This document shows, piece by piece, positions 1 through 13,270 of a DNA stretch of 39,823 nucleotides. Location of the stretch: the NCBI GenBank assembly GCA_051941275.1, contig JAVEBF010000048.1:1-39823 (forward strand), read 5' to 3'. Under the pieces are notes generated by a model. The model had not been told where the DNA came from and searched no databases. It was given only the letters and a program-made list of their open reading frames with translations. Numbering within the stretch: the stretch's first letter is position 1; each line of letters opens with the position of its first letter. The stretch comes from Dirinaria sp. TL-2023a (lineage: Eukaryota). The translations under genes were made by a program, and so were the position numbers.

Positions 1-1405
1 TGCGCTATAGAGCACTGATTCCAGAAATCCCCGTATACGGGAACCCGGCACATGAATGATAGGGAGCCAACCACCTGGACTATTAGCGAGCAAATGAAGT
101 GAAGACGTAAGCATGCTTGAAAATCTGGTTGGTGGCAGAAAGGACAAAGGAAGAACGATGGAGTATTCCTGTTCAATACGCTGTACCTGTTGCTTCTCTG
201 ATCTACCTTATGAATGTTGAGCAAAAATCAGCCCTCTACAGAAAAGGAATGGGAAAAGGAAACGATGAAATCTCTAAGGGAGATGCTTTACGAAGTACCA
301 TAAGGTACGGAGGACCACGCTATGTGGCTCTTAGCTAGCGCGGTTAATGCCACTAATCTGTCTGGTCAATCGAACGTGGCCTGAGAGACGACCCAAGATG
401 ATCATCCGGACATGGGGCCTTGCTACCTAGGATGCGGCTGTGCTCGCCAAAGCTCAATTGTAGTGACCTACACGATACACTCTGGCGCTGGACTGAGCTC
501 CGTCTTATGACGGAGCCTCCTCCGCACTGCATGCATCAGATAACCGAGCCACAAGCTAGTGGCCGGCGCGATTGCATTGGTGCATAATGCCCCAAGGAAA
601 GAATTCAACCAAAAATACACGAGGCGCGTAACCCGACCGGGCCGATCCACTTCACATAAAGTAATCGTAATTGATCGAGAAACCCTGTTCAAAAGTGAAA
701 GAAGTGCACACCGATTCAGCTCGTATATCTTGTATGATCGTAGGGTTCAATGATCGAGCATAGTAATGACGATAAGAGAAGGAATAATGCAGAGTCCCAA
801 AAAAAACATTCGGTTGTCTGTCCGTCCCAGCAAGATAGGATCCAGTCGTTGAATCATGAGTCATGACCGGATCGAAAATGCAATTCGGAAATTTAACAAA
901 TCCACCAACGTGATGCATAGAATCCGGCCATACGCGTCCTGCGCATCAGACCATTCCCTCTCTTACCTAGAGTACGGAAAGGTCTGAGAAGCCTATCTAG
1001 TTTCGAACGCCGAAGGCCAAGTATTTTCGAAGGCCCTGCTCCTCAAGGGATGGGGGGGGGTTTTGCAAACCTCAGATTATCTGATGTCTTTCGGGGTCCT
1101 CGGAAAAAATTCGACGGTTCTTATCTACGGGCTCTAATCGCGCATTAAGATAAGGCCGTTTTCCTTCCGAGCGTAAGATATATCATGCACACTACCATCA
1201 TCGTCATGAAGCGACAGCGAGGACAGCAGATGATTTTACTACTTGCACTGAGTTTCTAGTCTATGAAATATCAGGAGACGACGTTATAGGCGCTGTCAAG
1301 TACTGAACAGATCGCAGTGCCCTCGAGTTTAAAGAGAGCTTATATCACAAGAGCATGGACAAGGATGATTTGTCGACATACGAGGGAATGTTGACTGCTG
1401 ATACG

Positions 1406-1439
1406 CATGATTGCAGCAGTGACATGATTGCAGCAGTGA
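1406..1439. repeat. Perfect 17-bp tandem duplication (CATGATTGCAGCAGTGA x2)
   Basis: Read directly: 1406-1422 is identical to 1423-1439. Confidence 0.9.
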
Positions 1440-1639
1440 GGTCGTTATAGGATACAGCATATTATAATCAGCTGACGACTGCTTCAATTTGCGCGCTCGG
1501 CGACACCTCGCACGAGTATATGCGTTCAAACAAGCTTCATCGCCAAGGCACTACCTGACCTTCGCCTGCCTATCCTAGGTGCAGTACTGTATGTACAGTA
1601 CGGTAGATCATCAAGACGTTGATTGAGGTATCTCGCCTT

Positions 1640-4016
1640 CTATCCGCATCCACCACACCCGCCACATCCACCCCCGTCGTCACCATCGCCTCCAGAACAG
1701 CTCCCACCTCCGCCACAAGCACCAAAAGCGGCTCCCCCACTGCAAGTCCCCGCAACGCAATTTCCGCTTGCGCCAGGTACAACGGTTGCGCAGCTTGGGT
1801 TGGCAGTGTACATGCCCTCGGACACGCACGGATCGCCCTGGTACGGCACATAGACAGGCATGTACAGCGGGAAGCCGTATGCGTGGTAATACTCGTCTCT
1901 TACCGGAGGCTCGCGGCCTTGCTTGCGGGCTTTCACGACCGCCTTCCTGTAGTCGCATTCGAGCTTGATCCTCAGGTTGCGCTCGCAAATGGTACGGTCG
2001 GATGCAGTGTCTGGTTGAATGGAATTATGGGCTGAGATGTGGTTCATCTCGGCGCTCTGATCCATGGCCGAGTGGACCTGGTTCAACTGCTCTTCGATGA
2101 CACTCGCCTTTCCGCCAAATCTTTTCCGGAGGTTGAGGCCGCTCAACGCTGGTGCGTGGGATTCGCGAATGGCTTCGCAATACCAGCAGGTGCATTCGGA
2201 ATACAGTTCGTTATACATCTTCTGGTACGTCTTACTCGTCCATTCAAACCCCGTCGACAACACTGTATCCTCAATCTTGTCATCGTGATTGAGATACTTG
2301 TTGAGACGGGTCACCGTGTGTCGGTAGTACTGTGGTGGGTTGAGCTGGTGAGTATGCCAAGCTAAATCGACGTCTAGCGTTGGTACTGCGATTCGTGATT
2401 TATTGCATTTACTCACAATCACGAGGTAACGATCGTACTTGGTGAGCAGTCGCTGCATCGTGAATCTGGCAGCTGGGGAGTGGATCCAGTCAATCCTATG
2501 CATCTTTTCAATGAAGGTCCCTTGACGGATGACTGCGCCGACGAGATCGAGTGAAAACGGCGAAGCGTTCTCCCAATAGCAGGACATCATGCGGCGAAGA
2601 GCAATTCTCTCATTTGCAGTAGGCCTGTGGCTGTTGACCGTATTGATATAGTCGCTATTCCCAAGACCTTTCTCAATCTCTAGGCACACGCTGTTCATGG
2701 TACCAGGATTTGACGGCTTCAAATCTGTGATCGCATTGAGATTTCTGAGCATCATCTGAGTGGAGGTATCTCCCCTTATGAATCGATTTGGGAAGAAGCT
2801 TTTTCTCTTAACAAACCCGGCAAGCTTTTCTGGTAGACCTAGTTTACCATTAAAACCCCCGAAATCGAAACACAGGATTGCTTGTAACAACAATCTACTG
2901 GGGACTTACCGTTGTTGTCGAGGCAGGTACCATGCATGGGACTGTCATAATACTTTAGTGCTTCGCAGTCTCTACGGAATTTCTGCACCCGCAAAACACC
3001 ATGGGTCGTTTGATACTGATGTCGAGAAAGTGTCGAGCACTTGCAGGTAAATATGAAGTTCTTATCGGCGTAACCGATAGCATCGTGTTCACCGCAGTAG
3101 TCGCCGTTACTGTTCTTCATCCACGCGGATTGATTGTCCCACGTCGTCCAGGGTAAGGCATGCAAAAGCCCGCACGCTGGGCATTTAATGTCCACCGTCG
3201 GTGGGTCACAGAGGCTGTCCCAGCAGTGATTGGTCCGAGACTCAAACGAGGACTTTGCTTCGGCACCAGCATCATACTCGAACGAGTCATTGTCAATGCA
3301 GGGATTGATTAATGCCCAAGGGAGACCCGCTCTCCAAAAGTGCATCTTATCATAAAGGATGCAATCCTCCAAATAGTTTCTCGGGTTAAGCATGTACGCA
3401 TGCCAAACCATGAGGACGTCTATGTCCATGATGAGTAGCGATATGATGAGATCATTTTCTGGGTTCATCGCTTACCAAGTGGGGGAAGAATATTGGGCTC
3501 AAAACTCAACGATCGCCCGACCCAGGGGGTCTGCGTGACGGTAGTCACCGTATACTGGCTTTGTTTTTGCGCACGAGGCATCACGCAAGTCTCCCACCAC
3601 TTTTCGAACCTCTTACTCGCTTTGGAAACATAGACTTGCCATCGCTTCTGCCTGATTCCTGCAAGCTGCTCCGCGCATTGTTGGGCATCGCTAGCAGCGG
3701 CATATTCATCCTTGATACCGAAGAGGCCATCTCGTTGGTATACATCTTCTCGAAGCACGTGGAATGCTTCAAGCAGCTTGAGATGGGCTAAGCACTGGTC
3801 GGGAGTTGGTGTATGGCTTGGAGTAGAGAGATTGGTCAAGTCCAAGTTGGAGAAAGCGCTACTGATGTCGGGTGGCACCTCCTGAGTCGTCGTGGCAGTG
3901 TATGACGGCGGTGAAGAATCGTCCTCCAACCGGGTACGGATCTCAGCTTGACTGACTATCACTTCCGCTCTCTTTCCTTGTACAGTCTCTGGTATTTTCG
4001 ATCGTCTCTTAAACAT
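1640..4016 (-). CDS. Glycine-rich domain-containing (GRDP / DUF1399-family) protein, 3 exons, ~749 aa
   Basis: Exons 4016-3476, 3419-2910 and 2838-1640 are joined by GTAAG..TAG introns (56 and 71 nt). The splices restore the family motifs LPPLDVLMVWHAYMLNPR and VPTLDVDLAWHTHQL. The C-terminal tail is Gly/Cys-rich (GGCGGCGGCG). Confidence 0.85.
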
Positions 4017-5484
4017 ACTGCACTAGGCACAGTCACGTATGGGTCTCTGCGTGTTTCGCCAGACCAATCTGTTGTTGGCCGTCTTTTCCTTCCAGGCTTG
4101 GGGCTGGGAGTTCCTGTCGCGGAGGTGCTGGGAAATTACGAATCATTAAAGACAGGGTATTCAGAGCACATTATCCATTGAAAACCTGCTCTTAGATGCT
4201 GCTACAACCTTAACTCTTTCTTAATTGAGGCTGAGATCTCAATTACGTATATTTCAACTTCCATCTTTTCCTCCAATCGCTGCAGCAACATCTGCCACGC
4301 CCCCACGACGGATCCCGTTAGGAGACAAAAGTATCGTCCCCCTCCCCCTGCGATCAACAGCTCCCGAGCTCACTAAGGCTTGTAAGGCTGACTCGGGCTG
4401 GTTTGCTACGCGGTCCAATCATAACCGTTGCACAGATACATTACATAAGCAAGACTCCGGCCCGGTTTGCCCGATGTTCTCGGAACAATTCAGTCACAAA
4501 ACTTTATCCCAAAGCCCCCCCATCTCTTACGACAACGGCTACTCACCAATTTGCTCTCTATACACTTATGATAAGGAGCTGGAACACTGCATTTTGGTCC
4601 TGGTCTAGGACTCTCTGCCTTTGACTCATTGGGCATGAACAGGACTGCCTTCATTCCGCTTAGACCACAGACTCGACACTCCATTCCGCATCTGTTTGGG
4701 CCTAAAAGTAGGGCTGTCTGCTAGATTCTTTGTTATTTTTTCATCTACTTGATCATTCCTATTTCTTAGCTTAGGAATGCAATGTGTACGAAAATCAGTT
4801 TCATGGCGTTCAAAGACGGGGGTAGGGAGACTTTCTTTGACGTTGTATGCGTGATATATTGCGACTAAATTGGCACTTCAGAAACGCCTCGGGGCAGATC
4901 TGGACACAGGGATGAAGCATTCGACGATGGAGACGTGAACAAGAATATATCTCGGAGCCGCACCTTGTGCGGGACATCCTAATGGTTCTTATTACGTCTA
5001 GTAGAACACCAGAAGCAAACTTCGCTTTGATCCGACCAGCTTTGACATAACACGCTCGAATACATAAGCAGTCGATCGTAGGATGCTTGTTTTCAATTCG
5101 GTCTCAAATATCTACGATCAAGGATACCGTCAAGACTGCGCGAAGATTTTCAATATGGTATATCTGGATTGACTATCCGTACACGTAATCCAAATCTGAT
5201 ATGAAGATTGGCAGAGGGCAATCGTCGACCATGCGAGATGTCTAGCGCTCATTCTGGATGGAACGTAGCTCTGCTAGAATGATATTATCGACATTTTCAG
5301 TTATCAGAAAAAGGGAAGAGCCCAAGAGAATAATAATGACATTTGCCATCTATCCGCGCTCTGGCCTCCTTTCAAGATTTCATCAAGAATTAATTAGCTA
5401 CGCTACAGCAAGATACAATCTCGTCCAATTGTCCCCACAATCGCTTCTTCGAGACCCATTGCTTATCGTTTCCGCAGAGAGCTC

Positions 5485-6751
5485 TCACTGCACTTTCTTA
5501 CCATCAGCCTCAGCTTCAGCATCAGCTGCAGCTTCAGTTTCAGCAATAAGCAGCTCATCCCGCGCCCACACAAGTGCTGTCGCATAGCCTAACAGACCTG
5601 TTATGGCTAGCATTACAATGCCTCCAACGACTAGCACGGATAGACTTCGTTCGATAGTCCCGTTTCTATACGTATTGACAAAGAGCACTGTACTCCACAA
5701 AGCAATGGAAATCGATCCAACAAAGTAATCATACTGCAGGAAAAGGAATGCTCCGGTTCCAATCGACGGCATCTTTGTATACGGTGATGTCGTAACCGGC
5801 ACAAATAGGTTAGAAAAGTTGAACACACCGATGAACTCGTTCGTAAAGAGGCCTGGTAGAAACTGCGACGTCCACATCAACGCCAACGTCTTCGCTTGAC
5901 CTACTGCCGCACCGGCTAAGAGACCGGAATAGAGCGCCCTTAACCACCCCACCTGACTGGAACTCGATATCCTCACTCTGCTGGTACTCGATACTGTCCT
6001 AAAGCCGTCTTCGAATCCAGATAGCAGATACTGCACGGCGCCCTGCGCCAAGGAAATCCAAATAGGAAAGAATTGCCAAAATGCCATCAATAACTGCTTC
6101 AGGTCAAAACTTAGAACCCAAGGGGCGGGTAACGACATTAGAATGGTTAAATAAAGATAGAAAAAGATCATCGCGAATCCGATCCCGGCGAGATCCGGCA
6201 GACTGATGAGAAAATCGGTTATTCGTGTCGAAGAGACCGTTTGTGATAGCGAAAGATGGGCGATGCACCAAATCGGGGTTATAATTGCATATGCGACATT
6301 TTGCATCAACATGCCCCATACCCCTATGCTTTGTTCTTCCCATCAGCGTCATTGTGAACGTATTGCGCCGTTTCCGCAGTGTAACCTACAAAGATATCAA
6401 ACTCCATCGATTTCCAGGCCTCAAACTCTCAGCCACTAGTAAGCCCCACCCACAAGCAACCTGAGTGGCGAAATAAAAGCAGAAAAGAGAGGCCGAAGCC
6501 TCCGATCCGTTGGCGATCTCCCAAATCAACAGCGTCAGGACGTTTATTTGGCGATCAATAGCCGGAACGCCGATATAGACGGTTCTGAGCGGTTCTTTCG
6601 TCCCTGGCAGGAGCCGAAGCTCCAGGCTGTGGGCGATGTGGTCAGCGGTGCCGTTATGGAGGAAGAAGTACCAAGTGGTGTAGTAGCCAGCTGCGAAGAG
6701 GAAGATCAGGGCGACTTTGGTAGCGTTGATGAGTGAAGACATGATCGGCAT
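5485..6751 (-). CDS. Multi-pass membrane protein of the AtmA/PaxA / CtvD-AurD-like family (secondary-metabolite cluster accessory protein), 2 exons, ~401 aa
   Basis: Exons 6751-6390 and 6328-5485, with an intron GTAGGT..CTGAT..AAG. The spliced product contains PLRTVYIGVPAID, ESLRPGN..SLISF..WGMLMQ..YAII.PIWC, WQFFP and FLQYD, which I recognise as typical of this family. It has many hydrophobic helices. The start could be Met1 or Met4. Confidence 0.65.
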
Positions 6752-8022
6752 GAGATGATGATATACTGTCAGACTCTGTGTGCGTGACAGAATGAAGGGA
6801 AAAAGCGCAATTCAGCTTAAGAATCAATCTTTATACCCACGCGAGGATCTCGCAGATTTGCAAGTGGGGAAAGACTACATTGAATAAATGGCGACGACGA
6901 CAAGGTGAGCTACTGTGTGGGCCCGCGCACATCATGATGATTCCTCGTCATGTAAGGCACTTCTTTCTTCTGTGAGGGATCGACCGAGGCGCTGCTAGCG
7001 GACGGAGTCCCCGTTGTGTTTGCAAGAGGCAGTGATTAGTAAGTATCATCAAGTACCTTGATGTGAAAGAGTAAGTACCTTAGGCCCGAACGGATCTTGA
7101 AACGATTGGTCGTTTCCGTTGTGGCTTGATTTTCCGACAGCAAGGAGCCATATGGACCCCCACTGGCCAAGAATATTTTGACAAGGTAGGGAACCAATGG
7201 CGCCACACCACCTTTGCTACCACACCACTTCTCTCCACTACACCTAACCAGGTAACGTGCATGCCTACCTTAATCGGGTAAAGGGAACACGATCATCGCG
7301 AGACTTCGAGTATATACTGTGCGTATTCCCCTCCCTACCTTCTTTTCCCTTGTCTCCTATCGGCTTTATACTCCCCCATCGTACGAGTTGGAATTCTCCT
7401 GCTCTCTGAGAGAGAAAAGAAAAATTCGACAGAAGAAAACAATGACGCTGGAATGTGGTACGGGTTCTGTCTATGCGGCCCTCCATTGCGACCTCAAATC
7501 CTCAACGTGCGGTTTCAGAACTCACTATCGGATTATATCTATTACAACAAATTTGACGCATGTCTCACAGGAACGATATTGATCGAGACAGAACAAGGAT
7601 CCGTGTTGCTTCTTTCTTTTATCTTATTGCGGGCGCCCTTCGTTGACTTTCTACTTTTTATGGAGGGATCTTGGCGAATATTTCTGCCTTTTCGATGCGT
7701 TTTTGATCGGGAGCGTGATGAAGTTAACGAATCGGAGTGTCAGTGCATTCTATTGCCTTGCTTTATTAAAATTATGAATAGTGCATTTACATGCTATACG
7801 TTTTTAGATATGGTTCTGCGCCGCGTTTTGAGGGGCTGACTTCAGTCAGGGCAGCAGAAAGTTCACAGGGAAGATATTGTGAAGGCATCGTGACTGGAGA
7901 AGGATTTTTTCTGACCGATCTCCTTTTCCAGTTGTAAGTGCGACCGATTCCCCGTTTGTCGGGTTCTTTTGCACTGTGTGGACAGCCAGATTTTTCATAT
8001 TGCCCACGTGAATGACAAAGTT

Positions 8023-9255
8023 CTACAATTTAGCGATCCTCTGCAGAAACTCTGGATCGAGTGCAACTTCAAATCCGCGCTGCTTCTGTCTTTCCTGGGC
8101 TTCATTATCCCACTTTACGATTTCTTGTCGTAGCCAGGGCTCTACGGTCTCTGCTGCTTCGCACGGCTTCTCTAACGGAATACTATGACCGGTTTCATTC
8201 ATTGTCGTGGTTTGGACACGGCCGCTGGCAAGACCACCATTCCCTCCGTATCCCGTCCCTGTCCGCCCCACAATCTCCTTGGCATACGAGCTGCCACCGA
8301 GTGACCGGCTTCCCCATACGTACAAGGTATCGGGGAGAATATAAGGGAGATCGCGAAAGACCTGTACGACTTCCCCACGGTAAAATCCACGGATGATGGT
8401 CGTGTCCATTTCTTCTGGGCGGTTGCGGAGGTCGTACGCTTCTGGATAGCCCTCAAGCGGAGGATCAGGACGCATCATGGTACCGATTTCCATGGATTTG
8501 GGCGTTGTCAAGGTCACAGCATCGGGAGAACCGATTTCAGCACACCTTTCTCGCGAGGCGGCACGCAGGTCATATTTAACGACTCGCTCAAATACGCGAG
8601 GGTCAAACGCACCGAAATGCGCTGTTCTACGGAGTCGGGTTCTGGCATCGGCGAGCGAAGGCCAAATGTCCCTGCGCTTGACCATGGTCACTGCTCGATG
8701 CGATCTATCTATGTCTCTATCCGTACGATCGATTTTCCGAATGGCTGGCGTTGTGGCAAAAGCAGGCTCCATGAGGACGATGCCGGCGAATAGCCGAGGA
8801 TGGAACACCGCCAGAGAGACGATCGAGACAGACCCCCAAGATGAACCGACGGCGACCAGCGGAGGAGGCATATGCTCCTGAAAGTGGTTGATCATCTGGA
8901 ACAAGTCCCTGGAACTATCGAACCAGTTCGATTCGTCGCCAATGATGCCTTCGTTCAGCACGTACGATGCTCCGTGATGCGCCGTGTCCATTGACCAAAT
9001 CGCTCGTATACGAAGCCTGCTGCGCTGCAGAAGCTCGTCAAAGAACGGCTCGTAGAGTTCTTTAGATGCGCCAAGACCACTCATCATAATCAATGTGACG
9101 TCGCCGACCTGCGGCTCTGGCCGGGCCTTCGGTGTGTACTGCTTAATGGCAAGTCGAAGGCGTCCATTCTGCTCATCGCGGATGCCTCGACTGAATCCGC
9201 GGATATGCGACGCTGGGATGACATGCTCGGATATACTCCAGAACTCTGTGGACAT
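8023..9255 (-). CDS. Alpha/beta hydrolase (Abhydrolase_6; fungal 'toxin biosynthesis protein'/LPX1-like), probably peroxisomal
   Basis: Intronless 410-aa ORF with the N-terminal family motif EHVIPASHIRG and KELYEP..DEL. The nucleophile elbow is GSSWG (GxSxG), the catalytic His lies in TGHSIPLE, and the C-terminus is -AKL (PTS1). Confidence 0.85.
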   Translation of the reverse strand: MSTEFWSISEHVIPASHIRGFSRGIRDEQNGRLRLAIKQYTPKARPEPQVGDVTLIMMSGLGASKELYEPFFDELLQRSRLRIRAIWSMDTAHHGASYVLNEGIIGDESNWFDSSRDLFQMINHFQEHMPPPLVAVGSSWGSVSIVSLAVFHPRLFAGIVLMEPAFATTPAIRKIDRTDRDIDRSHRAVTMVKRRDIWPSLADARTRLRRTAHFGAFDPRVFERVVKYDLRAASRERCAEIGSPDAVTLTTPKSMEIGTMMRPDPPLEGYPEAYDLRNRPEEMDTTIIRGFYRGEVVQVFRDLPYILPDTLYVWGSRSLGGSSYAKEIVGRTGTGYGGNGGLASGRVQTTTMNETGHSIPLEKPCEAAETVEPWLRQEIVKWDNEAQERQKQRGFEVALDPEFLQRIAKL

Positions 9256-10690
9256 GTCTACTAAGAAATTCGGCAGTCTGTGTCAAGAGCCAAGATGAAC
9301 AATGAAGGAATAGAATGAGTGACTACTGAAGGTATGATGTCATCATTTGGACCTTGGAGCCATTGCTGAGCTACTACGTTGTGTGGTAGAAATGAGGGTC
9401 AACGAGGGTCTTGAGTAACGACCAAGCATCTCTGCATCCATCGCTCTTCTGGCATGTGAAGCTAGAACAGTAAGTAAACGGATTGATATTTGAGAGAAGA
9501 GGAACTTAACCGCGGCATCTTTATTGTGACCCGTTATGTAACATTTTAGTCAGCGAGTCGTCCGCAAAACCCCACCAAGCACTTTGTGCCTGAAACTTAT
9601 TTTTGTCTCAAGAAAGAATCTTCATTCGAAGTTGAAAGACCAACTCCTTGCTAAGCTGTGTCAAGCGAGCCATCAAGAGCAATAATCAGATAATGAAGCG
9701 CTTTAGAAAATCAAGCTCAGAATATATGAGAGGATCAAGTTTTTTACACGCTTCGGACGGTGACGGCACTGATCAAACCGAATTGCGTTCAAGAAGTCGA
9801 ATCCGTTGACTTCTTGAGCAATTTATGATTGATGATCGTTTCGATCTCGGTCATGGCTCCTATGCACCTTAGCATACTCCACAAGAGTGATTCAAACACA
9901 AACGATTTTCACGACCACCAATCCTCCATCGCAGTGTGGGCAGGATCTCGACTACTTACTCGCACGTGCGAATTGAGTATGATTTCTTGCGCCAACGGTT
10001 TGGTACCTTGGCAGCTCTGCCATGCTGGCAACTTTGACTAGTAGGCTGCAAGAGAAGTTTCGGGAACCTACGGTACTGCCTAGTCTACGCTTGATGCGGA
10101 TCCCTCCGATAAAGGGAAGCTGCTGACAGCCGAACCGGCGAATCCTTCCCTTAGTGGCCGATGTCAGAGTGCAAGATGCCGCAGTGGAGCATTTTACCGC
10201 TTTTTGAGGCCGTAGGTGGGATTGGCTCAGCTCACCGTTCACAGCGCCTTAGGGTCTCAATCCCCTTCTAGCGTCCAAGGAGATCCCCGATTGGTTTTGT
10301 CGTGCAGTACGAGGTGTGTAACACCGCAGAGAGGAACATGCGCACCACTCGACGCTTCATGATGTCCTGAACCTGAGTCCATCGATACCCTGCTCACGAC
10401 CGTATGTTGTAGCACATCATGCGGAAAGAAAACGTGGGCATTGGAATTGCGCTGTACACGTCTCGCAGATACTACATTGTGCACCAATGTTGAAACGAAG
10501 TGCTGACTCTCCAAAATTACCTCTATCCGAGTGGCACAGTGCATGAAGCAAAACATCCTTGGTAGCCACCCAGGTAAAGGCATTCAGTCGCTTAGGCCAG
10601 GTACTGATTCGACTCGAGCCTATACCTACTGAGTGCTCCCCTCTTACCAAAGGCCAACTATTTCCCTATTGACAGCATTCTCAAACTGCC

Positions 10691-12168
10691 ATGGTACTTT
10701 CACATCTACTCCGCGATTTTTCCCCGCCTCCGGCCAAGTCTTCTGACTATGTCGAGCTAGTACCACTCGTAAAAGGGGGCATCGTCTGCGTTGCTATATG
10801 CCTGTCGATCACGACAGGCCTTTTCATACTGCGAATATGGGCAAGGCTTGGTGTCTTCAAACAGTGGATTCTAGAGGATTGTATGTTACTCCCGCCATAA
10901 ATCCCACTCCTCTGTTCTAAAGGAGGGTAGATATGTGCTGTGTCTCTTACGTTAGAGCCTCGCTCCCACGAACGTAAACAACATCTTAATTTAGCATCAG
11001 ATCGGCTTGATCATATACTTTGCGTTCATGACAGTTGCAATAGAAAGGTGTGGTCGTGTCCACAAGTGGGATTTGCCTTCACGAGAAGCATATAGTGCCA
11101 TCTACGTAAGTGGCCCTAACCTCGAACTTGAGTCCAGACTTTTGAACATCGCTTCTCTAGTGGTCGTATGCGGCTTCTATAGCATATGCTCCTGCTATGC
11201 TCTGTACAAAACTGACTGCCCTACTACTCTACCGTCGAGTATTCCTGCCACCCCGCTGGAGTATTTTCGACGTGATTCTCCGGATGTTCATGACGATTTC
11301 TTGTTTGTACTACATAAGCACGATCGTTGTTAGAATGTGGGAATGCACTCCAAGAGCAAAGATATGGAATAATTCCATCCAAGGGAATTGCATAAGTGCT
11401 GCTAGCCTCATCAACACTGATGGTGCTTTTAACACCATAAGTGATATCCTGCTCTTGCTACTGCCCGTCAAGGCTCTTCAAAAATTGCAAATGAAGACCA
11501 AAAGGAAGCTTGGCATTGCGCTAATTTCTACAGTTGGGCTGGTGTATGTTCTCTTTTCCACGTCCGCTTGTTGTATATTGCATTGCTCCCCGATTTCTAA
11601 AAATCTTTCAAAACGTCGCTAATGGTAATAAGTGCAATAACTTGTAGTATCGTGGGCTGGATTATACGAGCGCATAACAGTTCTAGTCCAGAGGAAACAT
11701 ACCATGACCCTAGGACTCTCTTTTTGGCGTACGTTGGGCTCATCATGTCATTTTCAAATACTGATAGGGGACAGTGGAGCAGAACTTTCTGCTGGTCTAG
11801 TCTGTGTCTGTCTCCCTACCATCCCTACATTGCTGCACTGTCAGTCGCCGAGCAGTCCAGGCAGCAAGCCGCTGGAAAGGCGCTCCCATCCTTGCCATCT
11901 GCGGACTTTTCCGCGCAGGCAACCGAGTAATATCAGCGATCAAGAGTCTTTGAATCAGGGAAATTCAGACTACCGAGGGGGGTTTCCTCAGGGCTGGGCC
12001 ATCGAATCGCTTCCAACGACTATTGTGACAGCTATCGAAGGGGGCAGCCCTCGCGGGATCCGTGACATTGGACCTGTGGATCTGGAAGCGAAGGACGACG
12101 AGTTCGTTCAAAGACCAGCTATCATGAAGACTGTGGTCGTCGAGCAGTCCAGTGGCCATTCCAGCTAG
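10691..12168 (+). CDS. PTH11-like / fungal rhodopsin-domain integral membrane protein (no CFEM domain), 6 exons, ~395 aa
   Basis: Exons 10691-10880, 10931-10950 (20-nt micro-exon), 11001-11105, 11161-11543, 11633-11728 and 11775-12168 give an open frame. It contains the family motifs LRIWAR..LEDY, K..LLLYRRVF, CTP..K.W....G.C, N..SD..LL.LP and E...G.VC.CLP. Confidence 0.8.
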
Positions 12169-12736
12169 CCGACTTAGTCCAGACATGGAAAAATGTGTTC
12201 CTGGACTTCTGTCAAGTGTGTTCTGACAGATCGGATATCCGAGTAATGTTCTTCGTATCCGCCTCACCACTCTTCTACCGTTCGATTGGGGTCTTCGTAT
12301 GGCAAGTATCGCGCTTTTCAAGTGCAAGGCAACACCAACTCATTATGATGAGTGCTGTATTCATCGCTGGAGAATGCCGGCTGTGCTTTCTGAGGATCTA
12401 CTCGACAATGAAATAGCGTTTGAGTATACTTTAAAACGGTAGCGTGGTCCGAAGGACATTTTACCCGCTAGAAACTAGCTGCGATGCAGAGTCCCATACT
12501 AGGATAAGCCGACGTGCGTCAGCCATTGCTCCGGTCGGAGGACACAGATGGGAACGATTGCGTATGATCACGTGCATGAGGGGCCGAAACTGAAACTAAG
12601 GTAAGCCAGGTGGCCTACAAGGCAGAGAACTTGAGCAATTGCCCTCTTCGGACAACGATGCTTGCAGTAGTCGCCCCAATAACAATTTGTGGAAGGTTGT
12701 AGTATCGCGTCGCTTTGTCTCTAGTCTGGCAAAAAG

Positions 12737-13270
12737 CAGGGCAGAGATAATGGTCCGCTCTGAAACGAACGCGATAAAAATGTTATTGTCTTTTGAAAAA
12801 GGAAAAGAATAAAAAAAGGTTCCCACTACCGCCACACCACCCTATTCTCCTGGCACACCACCCTTCCCCACTAACTGCTACTCATTCTCACGTGATAACG
12901 CATCCGACCTCTTTGATGCCTCGAGCTTAAGTCTATTGATCTCTCTTGCTCTAACAGAGTGCGAGTTTCAAGCCAACGACGGATTCACGAGATGACGATG
13001 AGATTGATTGACCATGAACGTTGTTGCGCCGTCAAATAGACAAATCGTTAAAGTAGATTGAAGATGTTAGAAAAAAAATTGAAGAGAAGATATTGATAAA
13101 TGAAAATAATGAGTGGGGAGAGTGGGTAACAAAAAAAATCAGACGAGAGCGACCAGTCTAAAGCTTCAGGGATTTGATCGACAGTATCACTATTATGCGA
13201 TGTGAAAAGATAAGCAATATTTTCAAGATTTTCTAAAAGAATCTAAGGCAAAACGACAGGGCAGAGATAA
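12737..13270. repeat. ~530-bp AT-rich segment bounded by a 14-bp direct repeat (CAGGGCAGAGATAA); probable degenerate mobile-element relic
   Basis: An identical 14-mer occurs at 12737-12750 and 13257-13270, each preceded by GGCAAAA. The start of the segment also matches 15937-16018. Confidence 0.45.
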
